In this document: in pieces, positions 10,986-20,447 of the stretch
Layout: the number at the start of each line of letters is the position of its first letter
Numbering within the stretch: position 1 is the first letter of the stretch
Assembly (NCBI GenBank): GCA_036781025.1
Contig: DAIQBS010000005.1
Location: forward strand, 30,835-94,834
Direction: 5' to 3'
Length of the DNA: 64,000 nucleotides
Source: Sphingobacterium sp.
GTDB taxonomy: Bacteria > Bacteroidota > Bacteroidia > Sphingobacteriales > Sphingobacteriaceae
Position numbers and translations under genes: made by a program
The notes under the pieces: model-generated
Told to the model about the DNA's origin: nothing
The model's input: the letters and a program-made list of their open reading frames with translations, nothing else
The model's database searches: none

Positions 10986-11290
10986 TAGTCGCGTAAATCT
11001 GTTGTTTGTTCAGGATTAATTGTCTGGTGTTTGCGGTAAAGGTTTAAAATAATGGCTAAACCAACAGCTACCGATGCCGCTGCAAGAACAATGGCAAATA
11101 AAGCAAATACTTGACCTCCGTAATTGATTTTATCGTATTTCCCAAAAGCCACTAAATTTAAAATAGCCGCATTGATGATAAATTCTATTCCAATCAAAAT
11201 CATGATGGCATTTCGTTTGGCAAGAATAGCATATAAGCCTATACAAAATAATGCTGCCGATACCACTAAAAAATGAGTTAAGGTAATCAC
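10985..11290 (-). CDS. nuoK: NADH-quinone oxidoreductase subunit K
   Basis: 101 aa with three hydrophobic helices, KRNAIMILIGIE; lies between nuoJ and nuoL. Confidence 0.93.
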   Translation of the reverse strand: MITLTHFLVVSAALFCIGLYAILAKRNAIMILIGIEFIINAAILNLVAFGKYDKINYGGQVFALFAIVLAAASVAVGLAIILNLYRKHQTINPEQTTDLRD

Positions 11291-11829
11291 GAATGATCCT
11301 CCTTTCTGGATAAGTGCGCCGCTCCAATCAATGCTGCTAAAAGAAATAGAGAAATCACTTCAAAAGGAAGTAAATACTTCGTCATGAATTTAATTCCCAA
11401 TTCTTCAATATTATTATCCCTTGGATTGATGATTGCATCACGTTTAATGTTTTCCGTAATCCATTGAGGGGTATGCTCTTGCCATTCGAAAATTCCAAAC
11501 AGCATAACAGCTAAAAATCCTAGAGCAACTAGCAAAGATTGCCAATTGGGCAATGAAAGAAACTTTTTAGAAGTGTTTTGCAGATCCTCCAACAATTGTT
11601 TGTTGGAAAGCATAAATGCAAAGATCATCAATATGAGTACACCGCCTACATAAACTAATATCTGTGTAATGGCTATAAAATCGGCTAATGCAAAAATAAA
11701 CAAACCTGCCATTGCGAATAACACGACGAAAAAGAGGAATAAGGATCGAGCTGTGTTTTTTAAACTCACCACTAGCACAGCAGAGGCAAGGGCAATAAAA
11801 GCGAATATATAAAAGATGATAAGCTCCAT
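11287..11829 (-). CDS. nuoJ: NADH-quinone oxidoreductase subunit J
   Basis: QILVYVGGVLIL and YLLPFEVISL motifs. Confidence 0.93.
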   Translation of the reverse strand: MELIIFYIFAFIALASAVLVVSLKNTARSLFLFFVVLFAMAGLFIFALADFIAITQILVYVGGVLILMIFAFMLSNKQLLEDLQNTSKKFLSLPNWQSLLVALGFLAVMLFGIFEWQEHTPQWITENIKRDAIINPRDNNIEELGIKFMTKYLLPFEVISLFLLAALIGAAHLSRKEDHS

Positions 11830-12392
11830 TATTGTTTTTTAGCTGCCTCCTTAGCGGCTTGATGTGTGGTCCATTCCTTTTTTCGTTGTTCTATTTCCAG
11901 CTCCGTCATATCGGCGAAGGTATAGGTTAGGTCAGCTAAATTGAATGTGCTGCGGTCATATTGATCAGTCATAGTGATACATTCCGTCGGACAAACGACG
12001 GTACAAAGGCCACAATACATACATTTAGCCATGTCAATATCGAATTGAGCGGCATAAAGCCTTTTAACACTTCCATCGGATGTCTTTCCAATAGCTTCCG
12101 GTGATTTTATAGCTTCGATGGCTATGCAATCTACAGGGCAAGCTTTTGCGCATAAGTCACAGACGATGCAATCATCTATTTCCACGTCCAACTGATACCT
12201 GGCAACTTCAGGAATAGGCATTTTTTCTTTAGGAAATTGAACGGTGGTAACACCATCTTGTTCCTGAAAGTAATCGTCTTTTTTAATATCCAATTCCTGA
12301 CGACCCTGACGGGCAGCAAACAAGTGAGCAATCGTTAATGAAAGCCCTTTAACCGCTGTTACTAATCCTTGTATGGTCGTTTTTATTAGCAC
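11829..12392 (-). CDS. nuoI: NADH-quinone oxidoreductase subunit I (2x[4Fe-4S])
   Basis: CIVCDLCAKACP and CMYCGLCTVVCP motifs; GTG start. Confidence 0.93.
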   Translation of the reverse strand: MLIKTTIQGLVTAVKGLSLTIAHLFAARQGRQELDIKKDDYFQEQDGVTTVQFPKEKMPIPEVARYQLDVEIDDCIVCDLCAKACPVDCIAIEAIKSPEAIGKTSDGSVKRLYAAQFDIDMAKCMYCGLCTVVCPTECITMTDQYDRSTFNLADLTYTFADMTELEIEQRKKEWTTHQAAKEAAKKQ

Positions 12393-12393
12393 C

Positions 12394-13467
12394 TTATACC
12401 ATTACTATTAATCTCCAAATTCCTGAAATAGCCATGCATAAAAAAGCTACGGGAATGAGAATTTTCCAACATAATGTCATTAATTGATCCGCACGGAAAC
12501 GTGGCAATGTCCAACGAATCCATATTTGAACTGCTACGATAAGCAGTGATTTTAATAAAGTCCATCCGATTCCCCAGTACAGTCCTGTCGTCCAATCTGC
12601 CAAACGTAGAGAACCTATATTTGGAAGCAGGGTATTCCAGCCTCCTAAAAATATAACTACGCCTAACATCGCAACAAGAAACATCATGGCATATTCGGCA
12701 AGAAAAATAAAGGCAAAGCGTATTCCACCATATTCCGTATGAAATCCACCAATCAGCTCGCTCTCGGCTTCAGGGATATCAAAAGGTGCACGATTACATT
12801 CCGCTAATGAAGCGATAAAAAAGATGACATAACTCACAATGAGATGAGGAGCTTGGAATATATTCCAGGCGAAAATGCCTCCTATATCAGTAACGTTCCA
12901 AAATCCAAGAAAATAAATGGGTTCTGGAGATAATATTCCTTGACTGTAGACAATTTCATTTAAGTTCAAGGTCTGCGAAATCATTACCGCTGCAATAAGC
13001 GACAAGCCTACAGGCAATTCATAGGATACCATTTGCGCAATTGCACGTATCGAACCCAACAAGGAGTATTTATTATTCGAGCCCCAACCCGCCATTAAGA
13101 TACCGATAGCATCAATGGATACGACTGCCATAATAAAAAATAGCCCTGTATGCGTATTGGCTGGTACAAAATCCGGAGCCCAAGGTACGACGGAAAATCC
13201 TATAAATACAGCTATAAAGATGAGAACAGGTGCTACAGCGAAAAGTATCTTATCAGCAGCCGCCGGATTTATTAATTCTTTTTGAAGTAATTTAAGAATA
13301 TCTGCAAATGTTTGTAATAGACCAAATTTCCCGGTTTCCATAGGTCCTAAGCGGTCTTGTACGAAACCGGCAATTTTACGCTCTGCATAAACCGCAAAAA
13401 GCGTAAACAAAGCAATAAAACTAAATATTGCCAAGGGAACTAAAATATAGGTAAAATAGGAATCCAA
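12394..13467 (-). CDS. nuoH: NADH-quinone oxidoreductase subunit H
   Basis: ERKIAGFVQDRLGP, NRAPFDIPEAESELIGGFHTEY and PRFRADQL; TTG start. Confidence 0.96.
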   Translation of the reverse strand: MDSYFTYILVPLAIFSFIALFTLFAVYAERKIAGFVQDRLGPMETGKFGLLQTFADILKLLQKELINPAAADKILFAVAPVLIFIAVFIGFSVVPWAPDFVPANTHTGLFFIMAVVSIDAIGILMAGWGSNNKYSLLGSIRAIAQMVSYELPVGLSLIAAVMISQTLNLNEIVYSQGILSPEPIYFLGFWNVTDIGGIFAWNIFQAPHLIVSYVIFFIASLAECNRAPFDIPEAESELIGGFHTEYGGIRFAFIFLAEYAMMFLVAMLGVVIFLGGWNTLLPNIGSLRLADWTTGLYWGIGWTLLKSLLIVAVQIWIRWTLPRFRADQLMTLCWKILIPVAFLCMAISGIWRLIVMV

Positions 13468-13709
13468 TCTCTTTTAGAATAATTCTTAATTAGCTACAAA
13501 CATAAACAAAACAGCGCAAATTCGATAGAGAATTTGCAAAATATACCAAATTAGTAGATTATATCTTTTTGACACTAATTATAAACTAAAATAAATCTAA
13601 CTATTAGCATAGTTTTTGTCATAGACCTATTGATTATTACGATACGAGTAGCGAAAGCTGCTCAATTGTCGTATTCTTAAAGGAATAATTTTTAATAAAT
13701 AAATAACAT

Positions 13710-14501
13710 ATGAAACAAATCGTGAATAGTTTACTGGTCATGTCCATTGTATTATTTTCTCAATGTGCTAATAAGAAGCAAGTTAGTGCAGACGAAAGCA
13801 TAAATATTGCTGCAGTTACTGGCAAGAAATGGCAGATTATTGAATTAGCAGGAAAACAAATATCAGGTAAAATCAATGGTAAAATGCCATTCCTTCAATT
13901 CTTAGATGAAGAAGCACGTTATACTGCAACTGGAGGATGTAACACCATGAATGGAGAATTTAAATTCGGCAGAAAAAATCAAATATCATTTACTCGTGGT
14001 ATTTCTACCATGATGGCTTGTGAGGATATGGAATCTGACAAAGCCTTGGCAGACGTTTTTCAACAAAGTTCTCATTACCGTTTGGAAGGGGAGAACCTTA
14101 TCCTAAGTAAAGGTAAAAAAGGTGTTGCTTTAGCAAAATTTAAAGAAGTGGTCAATGAAACATCCTTGAGTGGAACTTGGGAGCTTGATTATATTGCGGG
14201 ATCTGAAAAGCCTTTTAATGAACTATTCCCAAATAAAAAACCAACACTTGTGTTTGATGTAGCCAATAATAAAGTGAGCGGTAACGCTGGCTGTAACCGA
14301 CTAAATGGAGGTATTGAATTAAACGGTAGAAGAATTAAGTTTAATGCCATAGCAACTACACGTATGGCGTGCCCTACCGACGGAGAACCTTTGTTCTTAC
14401 AAACACTAGAAAAAGTAAATATTCATAGCGAATACGAAAATACCCTAACCCTGATTATTGGCGATATCGCAGTGATGAGGTTTAAGAAACTTTTGGATTA
14501 G
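13710..14501 (+). CDS. Tandem META (HslJ-like) domain lipoprotein
   Basis: Lipobox FSQC; two repeats with G.GGCN...STMMAC and GNAGCN...TTRMAC. Confidence 0.88.
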   Translation: MKQIVNSLLVMSIVLFSQCANKKQVSADESINIAAVTGKKWQIIELAGKQISGKINGKMPFLQFLDEEARYTATGGCNTMNGEFKFGRKNQISFTRGISTMMACEDMESDKALADVFQQSSHYRLEGENLILSKGKKGVALAKFKEVVNETSLSGTWELDYIAGSEKPFNELFPNKKPTLVFDVANNKVSGNAGCNRLNGGIELNGRRIKFNAIATTRMACPTDGEPLFLQTLEKVNIHSEYENTLTLIIGDIAVMRFKKLLD

Positions 14502-14662
14502 ACAATAGACATGAGACAATAGACGTGAGATTTGAGAGTATTTCGCATAAATAACTTCATACATTAACATAATTCTGAGAATATAGAAGCATTTCTTATG
14601 CGAAATACTCTCACTTCTCACATCTCATGTCTGAAATCTCATATCTCATGTCTCACATCTCA
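14498..14662. repeat. Palindromic intergenic element built from degenerate 7-bp tandem units around an 18-bp perfect inverted repeat
   Basis: 6 left heptamers (ttagaca atagaca tgagaca atagacg tgagatt tgagagt); IR 14533-14550 / 14596-14613; 8 right heptamers (nnTCTCA-like). Confidence 0.9.
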
Positions 14663-14663
14663 A

Positions 14664-16661
14664 TTATTCCTCCACCCACAAGCCATCTGACTTAATAATT
14701 TCGATCAATTCATCGAGTGCTCGGTCGGAGGTAACATTACGTTTTACCACTTCTTTACTTCGGTACAAGGTTACCTTATCAGGGCCGGCGCCGACATAAC
14801 CATAATCCGCATCGGCCATTTCTCCGGGGCCATTCACGATACATCCCATGATGGCGATTTTCAAACCTTTCAGGTGATTGGTTCGGCTACGGATCATTTG
14901 AGTTGTCTCTTGAAGGTCGAATAAAGTTCTTCCGCAGCTAGGGCAGGATATGTATTCCGTTTTGGAGATCCTCGAACGTGTAGCCTGCAATATTCCGAAA
15001 GAGATAGAAGCCAGGTTGGCTGTTGGTGTAGCAGCTGAATCCAACCATATGCCCGAACCTAATCCATCTATCAGCAAAGCTCCAAAGTCTGTAGCGGCGT
15101 ACAATTGAATTTTCGAAATTGGCTCCTCAGGACTCATGATATCGCCCAAAGGTCCAGAAAACTCTGCTACCGGATACGATCTTTTGATAATGACAGGACA
15201 ATTAATGCCGATCTCTTGCAGGTTGGTAAAGAACTGACGCTGATCCGCCATTCCATGTACATGCTTCGTTTCCAGAATAAGAACACAAGTCTTATCCAAT
15301 TGCAATTGTGCAAAATCTTCCGTTAATAAATCCTCATTTTGAATATAAATGAGATTCATGGCTGCATCCTTTTCTGTAGCTTGATTAAATTCAATCAACG
15401 AATAGATAGGATGAATATTAGCTCTATTGCTTAGCGTTAACCAGGTTTTGTAATTATACAATTGTTTTAAATTACCTGGCATATTGAAAGAAGGAAGTTC
15501 ATCCCCTAAAAAGACAAAATCCACCGACTGGTCACCCATATGGTATTTGTCCAATAAAGCATCATATTTATAACCAACATCCGACAGGATAAATGGATCT
15601 TTTAGATTTTTTGAGGAGATATCCACAATAATACGAGGTACCAAGGAACCTCCAATGAAAGCATTGACTTCTTGAGAAGTATAAGGTTCTGTTTTCGTAG
15701 TATTGGATAGTTGAATTATTTCTCGAACAGCAGGTTCTTGAATTTCCCTAGCGCGTTTGGTATATCTATTCACTAATGCGATGGCTACAGGAGCCTCCTT
15801 CTCAGGTTCCTCAGTTAGGGAAACACGAACGGTATCGCCTAATCCATCTTCCAATAAAGTGCCGATACCTACTGCCGATTTAATACGACCATCTTCACCA
15901 TCCCCGGCTTCTGTAACTCCGAGGTGTAAAGGATAGTTCATATCCTCGGCTTGCATTTTCTCCACCAAAAGTCTATATGCTTGAACCATCACTTGTGGGT
16001 TGGAAGATTTCATGGATACCACCAAGTTGTAATAATTTAAATCTTCGCAGATTCGCATAAATTCCAAAGCAGATTCCACCATACCTTCCGGAGTATCTCC
16101 ATAACGGCTCATGATTCGATCAGACAAGGAGCCATGGTTTGTACCGATTCGCATGGCAGTACCATATTCCTTACAAATAGCCACTAATGGAGCGAATTTC
16201 TTATAAATACGGTCCAATTCGGCTTGGTAAGCAGCGTCGGTATAATCTATTTGATCAAATTTCTTTTTATCGGCATAATTGCCTGGATTAACACGTACTT
16301 TTTCGACTATTCTTGCGGCTACTTCAGCTGCATTAGGCGTAAAATGTATATCAGCAACTAAGGGAACTTGATATCCGCGTAAACGTAGTTCTTTTTTGAT
16401 GTTGGCTAAGTTTTCAGCCTCTTTGATGCTAGGAGCAGTAATGCGTACATATTCACAACCGGCGTCCACCATTTTGATGGTTTGTTCCACCGAACCCATC
16501 GTATCCATGGTATCTACGGTGGTCATACTCTGAATCCGAATTGGATGATGAGCTCCCATAGGGATATCTCCAATCGTTACCTCCCGAGTGAGGAAGCGTT
16601 CATACCTTGTTTTTGAATTGCAATAGCCAGCCTGAAGCAGGTTCGATTTCTTAGTCTCCAT
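14664..16661 (-). CDS. ispG: (E)-4-hydroxy-3-methylbut-2-enyl diphosphate synthase, long three-domain type
   Basis: IRIQSMT, ADIHF, RVNPGN, RIGTNHGSLS, HLGVTEAG, CPSCGR and MGCIVNGPGE. Confidence 0.97.
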   Translation of the reverse strand: METKKSNLLQAGYCNSKTRYERFLTREVTIGDIPMGAHHPIRIQSMTTVDTMDTMGSVEQTIKMVDAGCEYVRITAPSIKEAENLANIKKELRLRGYQVPLVADIHFTPNAAEVAARIVEKVRVNPGNYADKKKFDQIDYTDAAYQAELDRIYKKFAPLVAICKEYGTAMRIGTNHGSLSDRIMSRYGDTPEGMVESALEFMRICEDLNYYNLVVSMKSSNPQVMVQAYRLLVEKMQAEDMNYPLHLGVTEAGDGEDGRIKSAVGIGTLLEDGLGDTVRVSLTEEPEKEAPVAIALVNRYTKRAREIQEPAVREIIQLSNTTKTEPYTSQEVNAFIGGSLVPRIIVDISSKNLKDPFILSDVGYKYDALLDKYHMGDQSVDFVFLGDELPSFNMPGNLKQLYNYKTWLTLSNRANIHPIYSLIEFNQATEKDAAMNLIYIQNEDLLTEDFAQLQLDKTCVLILETKHVHGMADQRQFFTNLQEIGINCPVIIKRSYPVAEFSGPLGDIMSPEEPISKIQLYAATDFGALLIDGLGSGIWLDSAATPTANLASISFGILQATRSRISKTEYISCPSCGRTLFDLQETTQMIRSRTNHLKGLKIAIMGCIVNGPGEMADADYGYVGAGPDKVTLYRSKEVVKRNVTSDRALDELIEIIKSDGLWVEE

Positions 16662-16690
16662 GTCAAGACAAAGTTAGCTATTTTCCCTAC

Positions 16691-17602
16691 TTAATAGCGC
16701 AAAATGCTCAATGAATTTGCGGCTCCTTCCACGATAATGTGATATTTATGAGTGGCTTGATCATAATCACTTGTTTTTCTTACTTTATCTTCCTGCACAG
16801 ATACATCTTCAAATTTATTGTTGGAAAAAATAGTTTCTGTTTCCACTTTACAGGCGGCACCTTTCGGTAAATACAATTTAATACTTGATGCGGCTGTATT
16901 TAACTCAATTTGGCTGGTCTGTTGAGATGGGGGAGGCAGGTAAATTGATAGATTCGTTGCTCCGGAATTTATAGTTAAAGATCCCAGTTTTAACTTTTTA
17001 AAATCTGCTTGAATATTGGCCGCTCCTAAGTTATAATCCAAATCCCAAACGGGTTTTTCATTTAAATGCACAGCGAAGGTATTGTTCTCATTGGATTTAG
17101 ATGTTTTTACCTGGGTTGTTAATTCAACTTGATTGGATTGATCATCTAGCGAAGTTAATTTTAGCGAAGAGTTTTTAGAAGCAGTAGTAGCGTCAATCAA
17201 TAAATTCGGATCTACATCACTGTCGATGACAAATTTTGCTGCCCCTGCATTCAGTTCCATTTTGGCTGTTTCCACCTCCTCATTCAATTCATGGCTTACT
17301 CGATTATTAGGTGCAAAATCTTCTTGATGATCTTTCGTGATTTGGATAGAAGGGAAAAAGCTTTTGTCTGAAGTGATTCCCTTGTAAAAAATGAATCCAC
17401 ATAACAATAGATTACTCGCTATGATGATGTATTTCCCATTCGGCCTATTTTGAAGCAATAGGGTAATTCCAACCGATATTAATAGTAATGGCCAAAGATT
17501 GAATAAACTATAGAAGTTAAAATCTATAATACGGAAATTATGTAGCAGGATTATTATCCCAAAAAATACGAGCCAAATTCCTGATGCTATTTTATTATTC
17601 AT
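16691..17602 (-). CDS. LiaF/DUF5668-like membrane protein with a C-terminal beta-rich domain
   Basis: N-terminal G..L...G...LL.N and LWPLLLI.VG transmembrane pattern; repeated 'LNAGA' strands. Confidence 0.7.
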   Translation of the reverse strand: MNNKIASGIWLVFFGIIILLHNFRIIDFNFYSLFNLWPLLLISVGITLLLQNRPNGKYIIIASNLLLCGFIFYKGITSDKSFFPSIQITKDHQEDFAPNNRVSHELNEEVETAKMELNAGAAKFVIDSDVDPNLLIDATTASKNSSLKLTSLDDQSNQVELTTQVKTSKSNENNTFAVHLNEKPVWDLDYNLGAANIQADFKKLKLGSLTINSGATNLSIYLPPPSQQTSQIELNTAASSIKLYLPKGAACKVETETIFSNNKFEDVSVQEDKVRKTSDYDQATHKYHIIVEGAANSLSILRY

Positions 17603-17683
17603 TGTTTAGTTCCTTTGTTCTCATCAAAACTACTACGATTATACAAATTTATAAATGTAAAAAAGGCTATCTCATTTAATTAT

Positions 17684-17712
17684 TCGGTAAATGAATTAGA
17701 TTTGTCGGTAAA
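17684..17712 (-). promoter_or_regulatory. Direct-repeat operator (TTTACCGA x2, 21-bp period), LytTR-type geometry
   Basis: tcggtaaa at 17684 and 17705, upstream of the TAAATTTG -7 element of the LiaF-like gene. Confidence 0.6.
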
Positions 17713-17812
17713 AAGAGTGAATTAGAATTGTTATCTTCAACAAATTCTTTAATTTGACAACACTGTCTTTCATACGGAATGCAGTTAATTATTAAAAATC
17801 AAACATACAGAT

Positions 17813-18547
17813 ATGATTTTTTACTATATCGGTGAGTATATACTATTATTAAAGAAAGTTTTTCGAAAACCTGAAAAATGGAAAATCTATTGGAAAGAGG
17901 TTTTGCATGAGATGAGCGAAGTAGGTGTCGGATCTCTAGGTTTAATTGTCATTATTTCTACGTTTATAGGAGCTGTAATGACAATGCAGATTGCTTTTCA
18001 ATTAGTTTCTGATCTAATCCCTTCCTCCGTCATTGGACAAATCAATCGAGATTCAAATATTTTAGAATTAGGTCCTACCATATCCGCATTGGTACTGATG
18101 GGTAAGGTTGGCTCCGCCATTTCCTCTCAAATCGGATCCATGCGCGTTACGGAGCAAATTGATGCCTTGGAAATAATGGGGATCAATGCTGCCGGTTACC
18201 TGATATTACCTAAGGTTATTTCGGGCGTGATTATGGTGCCTGCTTTGGTTACTGTGGCAATTTTCTGCGCGCTTGTAGGTGGATTAGTTGGAGGTGCCTT
18301 ATCCGGGGCGGTCAGCATGTCCGATTATATCGAAGGTATTCGAAGTGGATTTAATGGATTTACCGTATCCGTGGCCATGGTTAAAGCCATGGTTTTTGGA
18401 TTTATTATTACCACTGTTCCGGCTTATAAAGGCTTTTACGTTCGTGGTGGTGCATTAGAAGTGGGACAAGCAGGAACAAAAGCAGTAGTGATTGGTTGTA
18501 TCGCCATATTAGTATTTGATTACATCATTACCGCATTAATGTTATAA
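17813..18547 (+). CDS. mlaE: MlaE family ABC transporter permease
   Basis: ELGPTISAL..GKVGS..SSQIGSMRVTEQIDALEIMG and GGALEVG. Confidence 0.92.
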   Translation: MIFYYIGEYILLLKKVFRKPEKWKIYWKEVLHEMSEVGVGSLGLIVIISTFIGAVMTMQIAFQLVSDLIPSSVIGQINRDSNILELGPTISALVLMGKVGSAISSQIGSMRVTEQIDALEIMGINAAGYLILPKVISGVIMVPALVTVAIFCALVGGLVGGALSGAVSMSDYIEGIRSGFNGFTVSVAMVKAMVFGFIITTVPAYKGFYVRGGALEVGQAGTKAVVIGCIAILVFDYIITALML

Positions 18548-18552
18548 AAGAA

Positions 18553-19311
18553 ATGATTGAAGTTACAAATATCCATAAATCTTTTGGTAGCAATTTAGTC
18601 CTTGATGGTATTGATGCCGAGTTTGAACCTGGTAAGGTGAGTTTAATAATTGGTGGATCCGGTTCAGGAAAAAGTACCTTATTGAAATGCATTGTAGGAT
18701 TGCATCAACCAAATGAGGGTAAGGTATATTTCGATAAACAGGAATTTACCAAGATGTCTTTTGAAGAGCGCGTACCTATTCGGAAAGAAATTGGAATGTT
18801 ATTCCAAAACTCCGCTTTATTCGACTCCATGACCGTAGAACAAAACATCATCTTTACCTTAGATATGTTTACCGAGATGAGTAAAGGGGAAAAGATAGAC
18901 CGTGCAAATTTCTGTCTAGAACGTGTTAATCTTGCAGGAAAGAACAAACTGTATCCGGCTGAACTCTCCGGAGGTATGAAGAAGCGGGTAGGTATTGCTC
19001 GTGCCATTAGTATGAGTCCAAAATATCTATTTTGCGATGAACCCAATTCAGGTTTAGATCCCGCTACTTCTATTTTAATAGATGAATTAATCCAAGATCT
19101 TACCGAAGAATACAATTCAACCACAGTCGTCGTAACACACGATATGAACTCGGTGATGGGTATTGGTGCGTATATATTATTTCTATATCAAGGAAAGAAG
19201 TTCTGGGAAGGATCCAATCAGGATATGCTCAAATCCGATAATAAGGAGTTGAATGATTTCGTTTTTGCTAGTCCATTAATGAAGGCTGCCAGAGATACCA
19301 TGAAACGATAA
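18553..19311 (+). CDS. mlaF: MlaF family ABC transporter ATP-binding protein
   Basis: GGSGSGKS, FQNSALFDSMTV, LSGGMKKR and DEPNSGLDP. Confidence 0.92.
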   Translation: MIEVTNIHKSFGSNLVLDGIDAEFEPGKVSLIIGGSGSGKSTLLKCIVGLHQPNEGKVYFDKQEFTKMSFEERVPIRKEIGMLFQNSALFDSMTVEQNIIFTLDMFTEMSKGEKIDRANFCLERVNLAGKNKLYPAELSGGMKKRVGIARAISMSPKYLFCDEPNSGLDPATSILIDELIQDLTEEYNSTTVVVTHDMNSVMGIGAYILFLYQGKKFWEGSNQDMLKSDNKELNDFVFASPLMKAARDTMKR

Positions 19312-19365
19312 TCCCTTCTAATCTTAGTTTAGGTTAATTTGCTATCTTTGCAAAAAAAAAGTACA

Positions 19366-20268
19366 TTGAATAAGCAATCTCCTATACAACTCCTTACTCC
19401 TCAGCACTGGAAAGATTATGAATTAATCGATTGTGGTGATTTTGAAAAACTTGAGCGTTTTGGTGAATTCATTCTCATACGCCCAGAGCCGCAAGCGGTA
19501 TGGCCTAAAACATTAGGTGAGGCGGAATGGAATAAAAGACATCATATCAAATTTAAAGGACGTTCAGCAACCAGTGGTGATTGGATCAAGAAGAACCCTA
19601 AAATGCCGGATCGTTGGCATATTCAATATAAAAATGAAGATGTGGCGATAAAGTTTCGCTTAGCCTTAACATCATTCAAACATGTCGGTATTTTTCCAGA
19701 ACAAGCCGTAAACTGGGATTATATTTCTGAGACGGTAAAAGCTTTTAAAACTCCCAAACCTAAAGTACTCAATTTGTTTGCCTATACAGGTGGAGCTTCG
19801 CTAATCGCTAAAGCTGCTGGAGCAGATACTACCCATGTGGATTCAATTAAGCAAGTTGTGACTTGGGCCAATGAAAACCAAGAGCTTTCAGGTATTTCAG
19901 ATATACGTTGGGTGGTGGAAGATGCCTTGAAGTTTGTGAAACGTGAATTAAAGCGTGGAAATACCTATCATGGTATTATTTTAGATCCGCCAGCATACGG
20001 ACATGGTCCAAAGGGTGAAAAGTGGAAGCTGGAAGATCATATCATGGAAATGATGCAAGACGTTGTTCAATTATTAGATCCAAAGGAACATTTCTTAATC
20101 TTAAATACCTACTCCTTGGGTTTTTCATCGGTGATCGTAGAGAATTTAATTAAAACTTCCTTTCCTAGCGTGGAGAATTTAGAAATTGGCGAATTATTCC
20201 TTCAAGCTACTGCTGGACCAAAACTTCCATTAGGAGTATTTGGAAAATTTAGAAAAATAGGTTCCTAA
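19366..20268 (+). CDS. Class I SAM-dependent methyltransferase (RlmI/K-related)
   Basis: DYELIDCG, KHVGIFPEQ, LNLFAYTGG and ILDPPAYG; TTG at 19366 preferred because the TATCTTTG promoter lies at 19343. Confidence 0.85.
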   Translation: MNKQSPIQLLTPQHWKDYELIDCGDFEKLERFGEFILIRPEPQAVWPKTLGEAEWNKRHHIKFKGRSATSGDWIKKNPKMPDRWHIQYKNEDVAIKFRLALTSFKHVGIFPEQAVNWDYISETVKAFKTPKPKVLNLFAYTGGASLIAKAAGADTTHVDSIKQVVTWANENQELSGISDIRWVVEDALKFVKRELKRGNTYHGIILDPPAYGHGPKGEKWKLEDHIMEMMQDVVQLLDPKEHFLILNTYSLGFSSVIVENLIKTSFPSVENLEIGELFLQATAGPKLPLGVFGKFRKIGS

Positions 20269-20301
20269 TAGATTTAGGAAATCCGAAATAGTAAAAATTA
20301 T

Positions 20302-20341
20302 GTAAAAACCCGAGTAGATAAATTTTACTCGGGTTTTTATG
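20302..20341. terminator. Bidirectional intrinsic terminator
   Basis: taaaaacccgagta / tactcgggttttta inverted repeat between convergent genes. Confidence 0.8.
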
Positions 20342-20447
20342 CGAATGTAGAATTCTTTTCATCCCTAAAAAAAGAGGATCCATTGAAATGTTAGAAAGCA
20401 GCCGTCACTAAAACGGCCGCCTTCCATTTCATAGGTAGGATAGGATA

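Noticed and set aside
13470..13603. Fur boxes upstream of nuoH or the META gene
   Set aside because: Several mismatches relative to the box at 63006 in very AT-rich DNA; cannot be told from chance by eye.
14498..14662. CRISPR array or IS end
   Set aside because: Units are 7 bp with no unique spacers, and no cas or transposase gene or target-site duplication is visible.
18705..19124. 139-aa antisense ORF, and similar ones such as 50552-51004, 61169-61573, 43172-43471, 27450-27767 and 40442-40756
   Set aside because: Shadow frames inside well-supported genes, with no motifs of their own.
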